The notes under the pieces: generated by a model | Told to the model about the DNA's origin: nothing | Databases searched by the model: none | The model's input: the letters and a program-made list of their open reading frames with translations, nothing else | Translations under genes and position numbers: made by a program | Source of the DNA: Dechloromonas sp. | GTDB lineage: Bacteria > Pseudomonadota > Gammaproteobacteria > Burkholderiales > Rhodocyclaceae | NCBI GenBank assembly: GCA_016790845.1 | Contig: JAEUOH010000116.1 | Coordinates: 8,305 to 72,304, forward strand | DNA length: 64,000 nucleotides | Direction: 5' to 3' | Shown here: in pieces, positions 37,901-47,219 of the stretch | Position numbering within the stretch: the stretch's first letter is position 1 | How the letters are laid out: every line of letters begins with the position of its first letter

Positions 37901-40396
37901 GCTCCAGGTGATGCCGGAGAGGTCGAACAGCGGCAGCGGGAGGTAGGCGCGCAGGGCGAAATTCTCGTAATCGCCGGTGGTCAGGTCGTAGGACAGGCGG
38001 AAGGTGACGATGTCGCCGGGACGCAGTTCCCCGTCCACCGGCGGCGTGCCGCCATTGACCGTCATGATGGCGACGGCGACCTGGTTGGTGGGTACCGTCA
38101 GCGACGCCGACGAGGTGTCCGTTTCGCTCCCGCCGGTGAGTGTGACCGGGTTGAGCAGGATGGTCCCGCTCGCCGTCGCATCGTTGCCGATGGCGTCGCC
38201 CTCGTTGATCTCGCTCTGGGTGTAAACGGTCGTGTAGGCCTGCGCAACCGTCGTGCGGTAGGTGATGACGGCACGGGTGGCGCCATCCTGAAAACCGTCG
38301 AAGGCGAGGTCGCCGACAAGTTGGCCGCCAAGGATTGCACTTGTGTTGGCGATCGACTGGGCGAGGTCGAAGGTCAGCGTGGTGCGTCCGTCGGGCATCG
38401 GGACAGTGCTCACCACCAGCGGGATGACGAAGGTCTGCCCGCGGTAGTACACCGTCATCCGGGGCGAGCCGGCAACCAGGGTCTGGCCGTCGCCGGCGAC
38501 GTCGACGATCGTCAGGTTGCCACCGCCGCGCAGACTCTGCCCGTAGGCGAAGTAGTCGGAGATCGACAGTTCGAGGGTGTATTGCAGTTCGTCACCGGGA
38601 GAAAGCCCGGCACTGCCCAGGTTGACAGCAATGGCGGCCGTCTTGTGGAGCGCCAGCGAGCGGGCGATGAAGGTCGCGTCGCTGCCGTTGGCTCTGATCG
38701 CTACGGGCCGGACGTCGTTCGGTGGCGGCAGGCCGGTCTGGTGCTGGTCGCGTGGGTCCAGTGGCAGCCAAAGCCCCAGGGCCGATGGCTTGGCGACCGT
38801 GATCGTGACGGCATCGCCGGAGTCGGGGTCGAGTACCGGCGGCAAAGGATTCGCAAGAGTGTCGGCAAAGTCGGCGACAAAGAACGACACGGTGCTTGTC
38901 ACCGGCGCGCTCAGGCTGTCGTAGCGGAGGTAATACTGCTTGAGGTAAGGCGCCGTCGCCAGCACATCCGCGATTTGCGCCGGATCCGATATGTAACTGC
39001 CATCGGTGAGGACGATGGCCTCAATGGCACCGCCGGCCCCTGGGGTGATGCCGGTCACCCGGATGCTATCGGGCAGCTTCTGTTCGATCAGCGCTGTGGT
39101 GAGGGTCTGCCCCGGCGCCGGCGTCGCCGTGACCGTGAGGGTGCGGCCATAGTTGGGGCCGGTGGCGGTCTCGCCCTCCGGAACATTGATTGTCTGCGTC
39201 AGGGTCAGCACCGTCGGCGTTACAACAAAGTCGCGGGGTGCCACCTCAAACAGGGAAGGGTCGACCGTCGGATTGTTCGCGGAATCGTTGCCGAACTGGA
39301 AGCCGCCGCGCACCTTGACGGTGAGCTGCGGGCTGCCTTCGGTGTCGGCCAGTTCGCTGAGCTTGCAGGTGACGACAACGCCGATCCCCGGCTGCCCTTG
39401 CAGGACGCTGGCGAAGGGAAGTTGCAGGACCACGAGTTGGTCGCCCGCTTGTGCGCCGTAGGTCGCGGCTGTGACCACAACCGGTGCGCCGCTGGCATCC
39501 AGGGCGAGCGGGTGGGTGGCGTTGCCGGCGGCGTCGAAGGTGATGACATAGGCGGTTACCGTCTGCCCGAGAAAGGTGGCCGAAATGAATGTGACGCCAT
39601 CGTCGCCGTCCTTGCCGGTAGCCGGTAGGATCAGGTCTATGAAAGGCGCGAAACCGGCCTGGGTAGAAGCATTGGTGAAGGTAGCGGTGAACGAGAAGGT
39701 GCCTCCGAGCAGGGCATCGGTCGCCGCTCCCGAGAGGGTCACGGTCGGATCGGCGTTGGCCAGCAGGCCGGCGTAGCTCTCGCCCGCAAAGGCGGTCTCG
39801 ATGCGCCCGGCGACGGTTTCGAGCACCCAGTTGCCGCCCGCGGCCGCGGCGCCGGTGTCGTCGGCGCTGGCGGCGACGTCGGCGCCGGTCAGCTCTGCCA
39901 GGCGGCCGACCAGCGTCCGCCCCGCCTCGCCGGCACCGGTGCCGCAGCCGTAGAGCAGGATGTCGGCATCGGCGGTAAGTTGCGGCGCCCAGGCACGCAG
40001 GGTATCGCTCAGTGTGGCGACGTTGTCGGCCGAAACGGTTTGACTGCCGAGCGCGAACTGGCCGGCGGCGCCATGCGAGAGGATCTGGATCGAGCCGGCC
40101 TTGGCGCCGGCGGCGAGCGCATCGGCAATCGCCTTGAAGCCGTCCTGCCCGGCGCCGACCAACACGACATCCGCGCCCGGGGCGGCCTGGCTGGCGAGCG
40201 CCTGGTAGTTGTCGATGCGCGTGTCGATGACGACCAGCGTGCGCGGCGCTGCCTCGGCGGCCGGCACAGGAGCGTGCAGCGCGGAATCAGGGCTGGTTTG
40301 CTGGTCGACCGCAACAGCTGCCGCACCGTCGAAGAGGATGCGTGGCTCAAGCGCTATGGCGCGTGATTGGGGACGGAAGGCAGGATTCCTGAACAT
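28988..40396 (-). CDS. Giant repetitive surface adhesin (3802 aa): LEPR motif, DUF4347, pilin-like Ig domains, SdrD-B-like domain, VCBS-type repeats
   Basis: N-terminal ALEPRILFDG; SHG...DILLYGC..LAELTGADVAAS..TG...GGNWVLE (DUF4347); repeated GTYGTLTLNADGSYTY...DTFTYT units. Confidence 0.9.
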   Translation of the reverse strand: MFRNPAFRPQSRAIALEPRILFDGAAAVAVDQQTSPDSALHAPVPAAEAAPRTLVVIDTRIDNYQALASQAAPGADVVLVGAGQDGFKAIADALAAGAKAGSIQILSHGAAGQFALGSQTVSADNVATLSDTLRAWAPQLTADADILLYGCGTGAGEAGRTLVGRLAELTGADVAASADDTGAAAAGGNWVLETVAGRIETAFAGESYAGLLANADPTVTLSGAATDALLGGTFSFTATFTNASTQAGFAPFIDLILPATGKDGDDGVTFISATFLGQTVTAYVITFDAAGNATHPLALDASGAPVVVTAATYGAQAGDQLVVLQLPFASVLQGQPGIGVVVTCKLSELADTEGSPQLTVKVRGGFQFGNDSANNPTVDPSLFEVAPRDFVVTPTVLTLTQTINVPEGETATGPNYGRTLTVTATPAPGQTLTTALIEQKLPDSIRVTGITPGAGGAIEAIVLTDGSYISDPAQIADVLATAPYLKQYYLRYDSLSAPVTSTVSFFVADFADTLANPLPPVLDPDSGDAVTITVAKPSALGLWLPLDPRDQHQTGLPPPNDVRPVAIRANGSDATFIARSLALHKTAAIAVNLGSAGLSPGDELQYTLELSISDYFAYGQSLRGGGNLTIVDVAGDGQTLVAGSPRMTVYYRGQTFVIPLVVSTVPMPDGRTTLTFDLAQSIANTSAILGGQLVGDLAFDGFQDGATRAVITYRTTVAQAYTTVYTQSEINEGDAIGNDATASGTILLNPVTLTGGSETDTSSASLTVPTNQVAVAIMTVNGGTPPVDGELRPGDIVTFRLSYDLTTGDYENFALRAYLPLPLFDLSGITWSQGGGSGQWTYGAGNTNSDPSAVDAVSTDAGNAILFDFGDYAIPALAGSRIEVQFTLTVGNQPFADQRSLTLLGQSTQLTTIPVQQQLVSQGVAVIKSIAEPALEVRHGVVAIAAGGIGTVTGTTGSWAAAGTAGPSFSGSITDLSAIDGAVTGIDGGDLVRLATALENTGGLGAFDVTTTVTLPADFAFLNGSLALANLQVRRGDGTLLVAGTDYSVSGNEITFLDPGIPNQPSLLPGRPGTPNDLSGANIVVITYDVVAAAGVAAARTLQTTAALTNYASTNGGPDFNPVDRTDTADQQVASPLVAKGYAGGTLSDDDSSATHTTGSKLVIGEAMLFDIVVTLPEGSTQSLRVTDLVPAGFRVDTTFNGNAGYQLLTTVAQSGALGADFAGTVSAGTLTAPGGDGVDLTLALATASANADNDTTNNAFVVRVRLVAGNVTVNQAGGVLVNRAEAAFTDPDGDTPNGSTPVDRTLALTGSAPTATIVEPTLKITQAAATNGLRPPGQVDAGDTVTYTISISNGSATSDFNAFDLSFLDNLPVELDSLAIDSVTYAGGATANGGPDFTLTGRTLATAANANIDVPTGGTITIKVSGVVNASAANVADFTNTAAVEWTSLDGTSSVAQPDERTGADGLLNSGVLNDYRQQSNLKLLVVSGATMTHVGGLPDTPAPSPDTTAPQTVAVGEIIRYRAAFALAEGMTDGATVRVSLPEGLSFVNDGTASIAFVSNAGIGYAGLTTGSANQIGQITDLTQTYLLADISNTATAALELAVINTGNPRQINFSLGNLVNSDFDPDREFVYIDFNARVDNTTAVDTSKSFSTSARFYSGGGATQIDKTQAVVENIVEPELRDLDKTVTDFDPNTAGTSGTATVTLSFSNTGDAKAYDVRLADGMSGGSNYVLQKVVIDGTDYLPGSLPAGVTVTAGGGITADFATVAVNAKIRLVYTVDVANDVIHNSADATLSWTSLPETFASFAGTAVGPDGAASGERVGSDGPPGPANPPNNYIVREGAGLGIVTGILWDDTASPTSSATPDGPGMAGITVTLRWAGADGILDSGDDRLFTTVTSTDGSYRFGVLPAGQQYRITAPNPVLAHDFAGDVDAADVRVDTSGAPLGEVTIGGFGEAATGTADFGYVRENDAPVVTVPGTLTIFEDNQATPGQPPGPPVAVSGISIDDIDAGNGTVQVTVTAAHGRLDITALSGSSVSGGALNSKVFILEGTLAQLNAALATLTYMPDRDFNGNDTLTVVANDRGQLGDANGNLMPGENPGDALTDTGTIDIVITPVNDFPQGVDDVVDALEAGGRFNDVPGFPGSDNILANDIDPDIDTNNDRLRVTSITFGGTTFNLDPAPSINPVLIDGDYGRLVVFPNGRVRYNIDNADPAVEALRTTANTLSETFTYTLADRDGATSGATITVTIQGANDAPVGSDDTGIAVEAGGVSNGTPGSDATGNVLPNDTDVDAFGETRAVTGIRAGPETVVGGGTMDGVAPGTDSGNGTVVAGLYGTLTIGADGSYRYVVDNANADVERLAAGDTLLETFSYLVSDKEGLTDIAELVITIDGANDNPVASDDIATGQAQSIVGGTISGGTVVGGTEQGLEVNPVGNVITTASRPIGIPSPGNGIDSDVDRTDNPNTLLRVTAVRTGAESGSGTAGTVGSTLAGAYGSLTLNADGSFSYDVDSRNADVWQLPAGATLTDTFTYTLTDTAGLNDQAQIIITVVGVNDPPVASDVFPIAVEAGGMANGTPGTDPTGDVTANDFDPDGDPLSVTAIRTGHASGTGTAGTVGNGLAGTYGTLTVNADGTFSYAVDNANPLVEALRIGAQTLTDTFTYTVSDNQGESDTAEIVVTIRGANDNPVGVNDAATAVEAGGIANGIAGTDPTGNVLVNDTDVDSVANGETRTVTAIRTGSEAGVGTAGTLGIGLAGTYGTLTMIADGTYQYVVDNANPLVEALRTSGQTLADTFTYTVRDTAGATDLAQLTITIQGANDNPVARDDAGIAVEAGGVANTTPGSDATGNVLANDTDVDSSANGETATIAGFANSGGTAGMVGGVLAGTYGTLTLNADGSFTYVVDNANAVVQGLRTAANTLADTFTYTMRDTAGATAGATLIITIRGANDNPVAVDDAGTAVEAGGVNNGTPGSDATGDVLFNDTDVDNVAYGETRTVTAIRTGSEGGSGTAGVVGSSLAGAYGTLTVNADGTYTYVIDNDNAAVQALRLLANTLTDTFTYTMRDTAGATDTAQLTITLRGANDNPVATNDRNFAFPPTLSPPPAIPGLNPVGNVLTGLGIPLLFQPPDTDVDAYGEALSVSAVRTGAEGGSGVAGILGSPLLGQYGNLILNADGSYQYVVDFSLTAGLGPSDRVVDVFTYTTRDALGLTDTAQLTITVRGRNDPPIALPVRVTAIEAGGVANGTPGLDPAGDALANDVDFDGDSLSVVAIRTGPELGSGVPGTVGTGLAGAYGTITVNADGTFTYVVDNANPLVEALRTAGDTLVDEFTYTVSDIYGASDTATISVTITGANDNPVAADDAGTAVEAGGIANATPGADATGDVLANDTDVDLYGETKAVATVAGGTVGGLTTGRYGTLTLNADGSYTYVVDNGNPVVEALRTPAETLSEQFVYTVSDALGATATATLSITIRGANDNPVARDDTGLATDAGTAPVTSGNVLPNDSDVDGGDTRTVIGVRTGPESGTGNAGMVGTALLGRYGTLVLNPDGSWTYTIDTTNPDVANAAGAGRILSDVFTYTMRDTAGATDQAQLVVTLDMTAPYQEPSSGPFWGREHQDVGALTPLPDVEPVVFVERMVDAIQRQLAVSNLRNDGTFVRLGLQRQAEAAALVDDGSDVRRRLIPEIEAQSIGRGLARVNGQFVGRTVLDLATEARIDDMRVRFRHDATSLAADGLLDDPSWQAPDPQRMFSEVPETSAVIIRPQAGLTAAPSFAEQLRHAAQRLHPVAVHSAAGSDSNQAS
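29600..34050 (-). repeat. About 11 tandem VCBS/Ig-like coding repeats in the adhesin
   Basis: Recurrent GANDNPVAxDD...EAGG..NGTPG.DATGNVL.NDTDVD units counted in the translation. Confidence 0.8.
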
Positions 40397-40554
40397 GGCG
40401 AAAAGCTCTATCGGGCTAACGGCTTAGTTTGCGAATTGGTAGGCATTATGAACAATTTGCTGGCGTAAGGTTGATTAATGGGGCCACAAACGCTTCAGAT
40501 CAGCTACGCAGGCCTGAAACAACCGATTTCGCCGTTAGAAACGAGCAACCACGG

Positions 40555-40627
40555 TCGCAACGTCTTCCCGCCCCTTCTGCTTGTTCAATACGGGAACGAC
40601 CAGTTGCGATCCGGGAAGACGTGGCGA
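40555..40627. repeat. Intergenic 16-bp inverted repeat (one mismatch) with 41-nt spacer
   Basis: TCGCAACGTCTTCCCG (40555-40570) and CGGGAAGACGTGGCGA (40612-40627). Confidence 0.55.
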
Positions 40628-40772
40628 TATCTCCAGCGCGGATTTGCTTTCCGCGAATGAAATACCAGAAATGCTGGCCAGGCCAACAGCCATCGGCTGC
40701 TTTTGGGCGAACGGACGATTCATTCTTGTTTACTGGAGCGGATGCTCATGGTTCAGGGCTGGGTCACACGTC

Positions 40773-40802
40773 AAAAAAGGGGCCGAAGTGGATTCCGGCC
40801 CC
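40773..40802 (-). terminator. Rho-independent terminator
   Basis: Minus strand GGGGCCGGAA-tccac-TTCGGCCCC-TTTTTT just after the 40814 stop. Confidence 0.8.
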
Positions 40803-40813
40803 GCTCGGCAATC

Positions 40814-41341
40814 TCAGTAAGGCGGATTGATCACGACGTACTCTGATCCCTGCGGCTGATACCAGGTACTGCCGCACTGCTGATAGATCATGCCGCCGTA
40901 GTTGACCGGAACACAGTTGGCGGGCACGGTGCGCACCATCGAACCGATAACGGCGGAAGTCACAGCCACCGTGGCGGTCACTGCCGCCGCCGTAGCGACC
41001 GGGTGATAGTTGTTGTCCCAGCCGCCATTGCAACAACCGCGGTTGTTATCGACATTGACATTGACGTTCCGGTTGGAATTGATATTCGTATTCCGGTTAT
41101 TGACGTTGTTTACGCTGGTGTTGCGGACGTTGTTGGTGCGCGCGTCGGCATGAGCGTTGTTGATTTGCCGGTTGCCGCCACCACCTGCATGAGCGCCACC
41201 GCCACCACCAGCGCGCGCACCGCCACCACCACCGTGACCACCGCCGCCGCGACCAGCCTCAGCGATTGGCGCCAGCGCAAAGCTGGTCAGAACGAGAACC
41301 GTCAGGGGGGCCAGGAAGAATTTGTTGAATGATTTTTTCAT
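40814..41341 (-). CDS. Secreted Gly/Asn-rich hypothetical protein
   Basis: Signal peptide, GGG and NVN low-complexity tracts, C-terminal C...YQQCGSTWYQP domain. Confidence 0.75.
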   Translation of the reverse strand: MKKSFNKFFLAPLTVLVLTSFALAPIAEAGRGGGGHGGGGGARAGGGGGAHAGGGGNRQINNAHADARTNNVRNTSVNNVNNRNTNINSNRNVNVNVDNNRGCCNGGWDNNYHPVATAAAVTATVAVTSAVIGSMVRTVPANCVPVNYGGMIYQQCGSTWYQPQGSEYVVINPPY

Positions 41342-41353
41342 GTTGGCGCTCCT

Positions 41354-42136
41354 TTACTTCTGAACCAGTGGGCGAATTTCGACCGCAGTCGCGCCCTTGG
41401 GTGGCGTGAACTTGAAGACCCCGTCCTTGAACGTCGGCTTCAGGTTCCAGTCGATCAGTTGGAGCGACTGCGGGCGGGCCTCGTCATTGCGATTGGTGAT
41501 CACGAGCTTGCGCGGCAACGGCTTGTCGCCGGTGGTGATCCAGATCTGCCAGTCGAAATTTCCCTGGCGGAAGGCGTAGTGGTCGCAAAGATCATTGCCG
41601 ACGAAATCCTGGCCGGCATTCATTGCCGATTCGATCTTGTCGAACGATGCCGCCGGTGTGCCCCAGATGAACATGTCGGCCAGCGGCACTTCCACGCCAT
41701 AGCGGTCTTCCAGCCTCTTGACCAGTTCGCCGAGGTTTCCGGAATACTCGACGGTCGAGTAGTACTTCTGCGCCGGCGTATAGAGGGTAACCGTCTTGCC
41801 GTCGTAGATCAGCTCGCGTTCGGCGCGGGCGCTCCAAATCCGGGCGTGCAGCCGGTTCGGACGCTCGACGTCCATGTCCGCCGTCGCCGTGTGCTGCAGC
41901 TTCTGACCGTCGGCGAGAACACGCTCGCCGGTCAGTTCTGTGGACACCCGGAAACGTTTCAGGGTCTGCAGATACGCACCCATGTTCTTGAGGGCCTGAA
42001 TCGATGCCGGATCGACTGCATTTTCCACTGCCGGTGCCGTAGCGGGTGCGGCAGCCGGCGGCGCCGTCTGTGCATATATGCCGGGCGCTGCAAGCGACAT
42101 CGCCAGCAGGCTGAGCACCAGTTTCTTACGTACCAT
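41354..42136 (-). CDS. DUF2092 family periplasmic protein
   Basis: Signal peptide; RPNRL, YDGKTVT and DWQIWI..GDKPLPRK motifs. Confidence 0.8.
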   Translation of the reverse strand: MVRKKLVLSLLAMSLAAPGIYAQTAPPAAAPATAPAVENAVDPASIQALKNMGAYLQTLKRFRVSTELTGERVLADGQKLQHTATADMDVERPNRLHARIWSARAERELIYDGKTVTLYTPAQKYYSTVEYSGNLGELVKRLEDRYGVEVPLADMFIWGTPAASFDKIESAMNAGQDFVGNDLCDHYAFRQGNFDWQIWITTGDKPLPRKLVITNRNDEARPQSLQLIDWNLKPTFKDGVFKFTPPKGATAVEIRPLVQK

Positions 42137-42250
42137 GGTTATCTCCTGGGTTGGGAAAACATACTGAGCGGCACTTTGCGCAAGTGCCAGAGGGGGAAGT
42201 TCAGAGCATGTGGAACAAAAACGTCAGTGTATTTCGGTAGGCATTGTCGT

Positions 42251-43438
42251 TCATACAAGCGCCTTGAGTAATTTCAGGATAATGTCCTTGAGCGGGATTT
42301 GCAGCGCGGCGGCAACCAGCATGGGCAACGCAATCGGCAACACGATTGCAAGCATTGCCCGCATGCCGATCGGTGCCAGGCGCATGGCCTTCACGGCGTC
42401 ATAGATGGCTGCGGTATCGGCGACCGGCCCGATTTCGGCAGCTTCGAGGAGCGTCGGGTCGGCCACCGGCTCGCGCAGTATCCAGCGCCGGTGCACCATG
42501 CGCCCGTGCTCGCCGACCAGCGCGGCGTAGGCCGGGCGTGCCCGCTGCTTGGCGGCAAACAACGCGGGTGCCAGCATCAGCAGTGGCAACAGGCACAGGA
42601 ATGCGCTGATGACCACAAAGGCAATGGCTGGCAGCTTCAGCGCCTGTAGCGTGAACGCGTGATAGACAATGTCATGCGCCCAGTGCGCGGAGAGCACAGC
42701 CGACAGCGCCAGGCTCACTGGCGCAAAAGCCCCTGGCAGAGCCTGCAAGAAGTCGAGTCCACCGGCACGGTCGGGGTGCGTGGGAACCAGCGAGAGATCG
42801 AGTCGCCCGATACGCGCGAACAAGATCACAACCAGCAGCAGCCGCCACAGCCAGGCCAGCAACAACGCCACGAAGATCGGTCGCGAGACATAGACAACCC
42901 ACCAGCCACCGAAGCCGAGCTGGCCATTGCCGTCAAGCGCCCACGACAGCGCGTCGGTGTGCACCTCGGGCGTATCCATGATCGTCCACGCCAGCACCAG
43001 GCCAAGCAGCAGCACCCACGGCAGCGTAGTGTCGCGTAAGCGCCGCATGTCCTGCAGAACACGTTCGAAGGGTGCGCGTGCCGCCGTGCCGATGATGCCC
43101 GACTCGGTGAACTGCCTGACGATCTGCATCAAGCCCTTATGTACCGTCGCTTCGGCGATGACCAGCAGGACGACCGCAAGCAGGAAACGCGCGTGAATCC
43201 CGAAGTGCTGCAACAGCGACTCGCCCGCAGCGCCCTCCCAGAGCCGATGGTTGAGCGCCGCCCAGATCACCGGCACAAACCAGGCCAGCCCTGCCAGAAA
43301 CATGGCGCGGCGCATGACGCCCAGGCCGTTGGCCGGCGCCAGTCCGAGCTTGCGCTGCCAGCGCAGTGGCGGCTCGTTGTCGATGGGCGAGAAAGAGTCC
43401 TCGGCGGAGATGGCTGTCATGCCGGGTGGGTGGTTCAT
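42251..43438 (-). CDS. Conserved hypothetical integral membrane protein
   Basis: Multiple TMs and PTHPDRAGGL motif; start overlaps the upstream stop. Confidence 0.75.
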   Translation of the reverse strand: MNHPPGMTAISAEDSFSPIDNEPPLRWQRKLGLAPANGLGVMRRAMFLAGLAWFVPVIWAALNHRLWEGAAGESLLQHFGIHARFLLAVVLLVIAEATVHKGLMQIVRQFTESGIIGTAARAPFERVLQDMRRLRDTTLPWVLLLGLVLAWTIMDTPEVHTDALSWALDGNGQLGFGGWWVVYVSRPIFVALLLAWLWRLLLVVILFARIGRLDLSLVPTHPDRAGGLDFLQALPGAFAPVSLALSAVLSAHWAHDIVYHAFTLQALKLPAIAFVVISAFLCLLPLLMLAPALFAAKQRARPAYAALVGEHGRMVHRRWILREPVADPTLLEAAEIGPVADTAAIYDAVKAMRLAPIGMRAMLAIVLPIALPMLVAAALQIPLKDIILKLLKALV

Positions 43439-44442
43439 TGCTTTGATGACGCCCCGAAAACCGTCTTCCAGTCGCGCTTCATATCGACCACCGTCCAGCC
43501 GCGCGCTTGCGCTTCGTCGAGCGCCTTGTCGAGCTGGCCGATGTGCGACTTGCGGTCGTAAGCCCATTCGCGTTCGGCATCGGTATGGTGAACGATGAGC
43601 GCGAAGCGTGGCCCGGCGCCGGCAGTCGTCCATTGCAGCATCTGCAAATCGCCGTCGGAATTGCCAAAAGCGGCGATCGGTCGACGACCAATGTGCTGGT
43701 TGATGGCGATCGGCTTGCCGTCCTTGTCGTCGATGAAGTTGATTTCCGGCAAGCGCACCAGCACCGGCTTGCCGTCGCGGATTTCATACTTTGTCTTGAT
43801 GCTGCTGCCAATGACCTGTTCCGGCGGCACGCCATAAACCTTCTCCGTCCACGGACGCATGAACTCGATGCCACCGCCGGAGACGATGTAGGTTTTGAAG
43901 CCGTTGGCGCGCAGGTAGGCTTGCAGTTCGCGCATCGGCTGATAGACCATCTCGGTAAACGGCCGCCCCGTTTTCGGATGCTTCGCAGTGGCAATCCAAT
44001 CCTTGACGATCTGCTCGAACTCCGCCGTGCTCATGCCCGCGTGCGTGGCCATGACCATTTCCAGCAGCGCCTTCTCGCCGTCCTTCAGCGCCGTCTTCAT
44101 GTCGCCCTTGAGCACCGACGCGAACGGCTCTTGCGTTGTCCACTGCGGATGCTGCGGCGCCAGCGCCTTGACGCGGTCGACGACGAATAAGGCCTGAAAA
44201 TACATCGGTTGCTCGGCCCACAGCGTGCCGTCATTGTCGAAGGTGGCGATGCGCTCGGGCGCCGGCACATAGTCGGGGGAGCCTTCTTGCGTCACCTTCT
44301 CGACAAACTCGACGATGGCGCGTCGCGACGCCGTGTCGTTCCAGGATGGCAGCGGGTCCGCGCCCGAGACCGGGGCCGCAAAAGCAATCGCCGCCACTGC
44401 GCTCAGCAAAGCGGCGGCTATTCTGCCCGATATTTTCTTCAT
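43435..44442 (-). CDS. Exported HAD-family hydrolase/phosphatase
   Basis: Signal peptide; FDNDGTLW, VSGGG and FGNSDGD motifs. Confidence 0.88.
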   Translation of the reverse strand: MKKISGRIAAALLSAVAAIAFAAPVSGADPLPSWNDTASRRAIVEFVEKVTQEGSPDYVPAPERIATFDNDGTLWAEQPMYFQALFVVDRVKALAPQHPQWTTQEPFASVLKGDMKTALKDGEKALLEMVMATHAGMSTAEFEQIVKDWIATAKHPKTGRPFTEMVYQPMRELQAYLRANGFKTYIVSGGGIEFMRPWTEKVYGVPPEQVIGSSIKTKYEIRDGKPVLVRLPEINFIDDKDGKPIAINQHIGRRPIAAFGNSDGDLQMLQWTTAGAGPRFALIVHHTDAEREWAYDRKSHIGQLDKALDEAQARGWTVVDMKRDWKTVFGASSKQ

Positions 44443-44463
44443 GGAAACCCCGTATTTCAATGC

Positions 44464-44497
44464 AAAACGGGGCGCCGTCAATCATGACGGCGCCCCG
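44464..44497 (-). terminator. Intra-operon stem-loop/terminator
   Basis: Perfect 13-bp stem CGGGGCGCCGTCA-N4-TGACGGCGCCCCG followed by TTTT on the minus strand. Confidence 0.7.
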
Positions 44498-44509
44498 CTG
44501 TCGATCAAC

Positions 44510-46096
<1,587 letters not shown>

Positions 46097-46211
46097 GGAC
46101 CCCTCCTTGATGAACTGAAAAATTGACCGATCTAATGTCGGTGCAACACTAGAACACAAAATCCACTTTGCGTTCCATGCAATGATTTGATCGAGGTGAT
46201 AACATTTCTGC

Positions 46212-47219
46212 ATGAATCTGGAAATCAAACTGTTGCATCAGATACTTTCACTGGCGAAGCACCGCAATTTCGCGCGTGCCGCCGAATCGCTGCATATCTC
46301 CCAACCCGCACTATCGCGCAGCATTTCCAACCTCGAGGAGACACTGGGCGTGCAACTCTTCGACCGCACCAGTGGCGGCGTGGTGCCAACCGGCTATGGC
46401 CGTCTCATTCTCGAACGTGGCAGAGAGATCGTCGCCAAGGAGAATGAACTGCAGCGCGAGATCCGCTTGATGCAGGGGATCGAAATTGGCGAACTCGCGA
46501 TCGGCGCCGGACCGTTTCCGTTCGAAATTTCTGTCGGACCGGCGGTTTCGCGCCTGATTGCAGCCTATCCGAAGTTGCAGATCAGGGTGGAAACTGCCAG
46601 CCCGCTAGCGATCGTCAATCGGATCATGAGCGGCAGCTTTGACCTGGGCGTCGCCGACATCCGCGAATGGCATGATGACCAACGGCTCGCGGTCGAGGCG
46701 CTACCGGTTCATGCCGGATTATTTTGCTGCCGCCCGCAACATCCACTTGCCGGCAGGCACGGACTGACCCTGGATGAAGTACTTGCCTACCCGCTGGTCG
46801 GCACCGTCTTCCCTCCCGCCCTGGCAGGAATACTGGCGCAGGGGCAGGCAGGCGGCAGGATCGACCAGGATACCGGGCACTTTCTTCCGGCAGTGACCAT
46901 CGATTCGCTGAGCCTTGCGCGGCGAATCACGATGGGATGCGATGCCGTACTTCTTTTGACCATCGGCGCCGTTGAGCGTGAGCTCTTGGCTGGAGATCTC
47001 GTGATCCTCGATTGTCACTTGCCCTGGATGTACACCAACTACGGGTTCATCTCCAAGCGGGAGCGCAGTTTGTCTGCTGCCGCGCGAGAATTCATGACGC
47101 GCTTGCGCGAAGTTGAAGCTGAAACTGTCGAGCGCGAGAACGCGCTGCTGGCGACCCATGTCGGCTCAAAAGCAAATCCTCAAAATCCCGCGGCACCAGA
47201 GAAAAAGACAAAATCGTGA
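46212..47219 (+). CDS. LysR family transcriptional regulator
   Basis: NFARAAESLHISQPALSRSI HTH; divergent from the sulfatase operon. Confidence 0.93.
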   Translation: MNLEIKLLHQILSLAKHRNFARAAESLHISQPALSRSISNLEETLGVQLFDRTSGGVVPTGYGRLILERGREIVAKENELQREIRLMQGIEIGELAIGAGPFPFEISVGPAVSRLIAAYPKLQIRVETASPLAIVNRIMSGSFDLGVADIREWHDDQRLAVEALPVHAGLFCCRPQHPLAGRHGLTLDEVLAYPLVGTVFPPALAGILAQGQAGGRIDQDTGHFLPAVTIDSLSLARRITMGCDAVLLLTIGAVERELLAGDLVILDCHLPWMYTNYGFISKRERSLSAAAREFMTRLREVEAETVERENALLATHVGSKANPQNPAAPEKKTKS

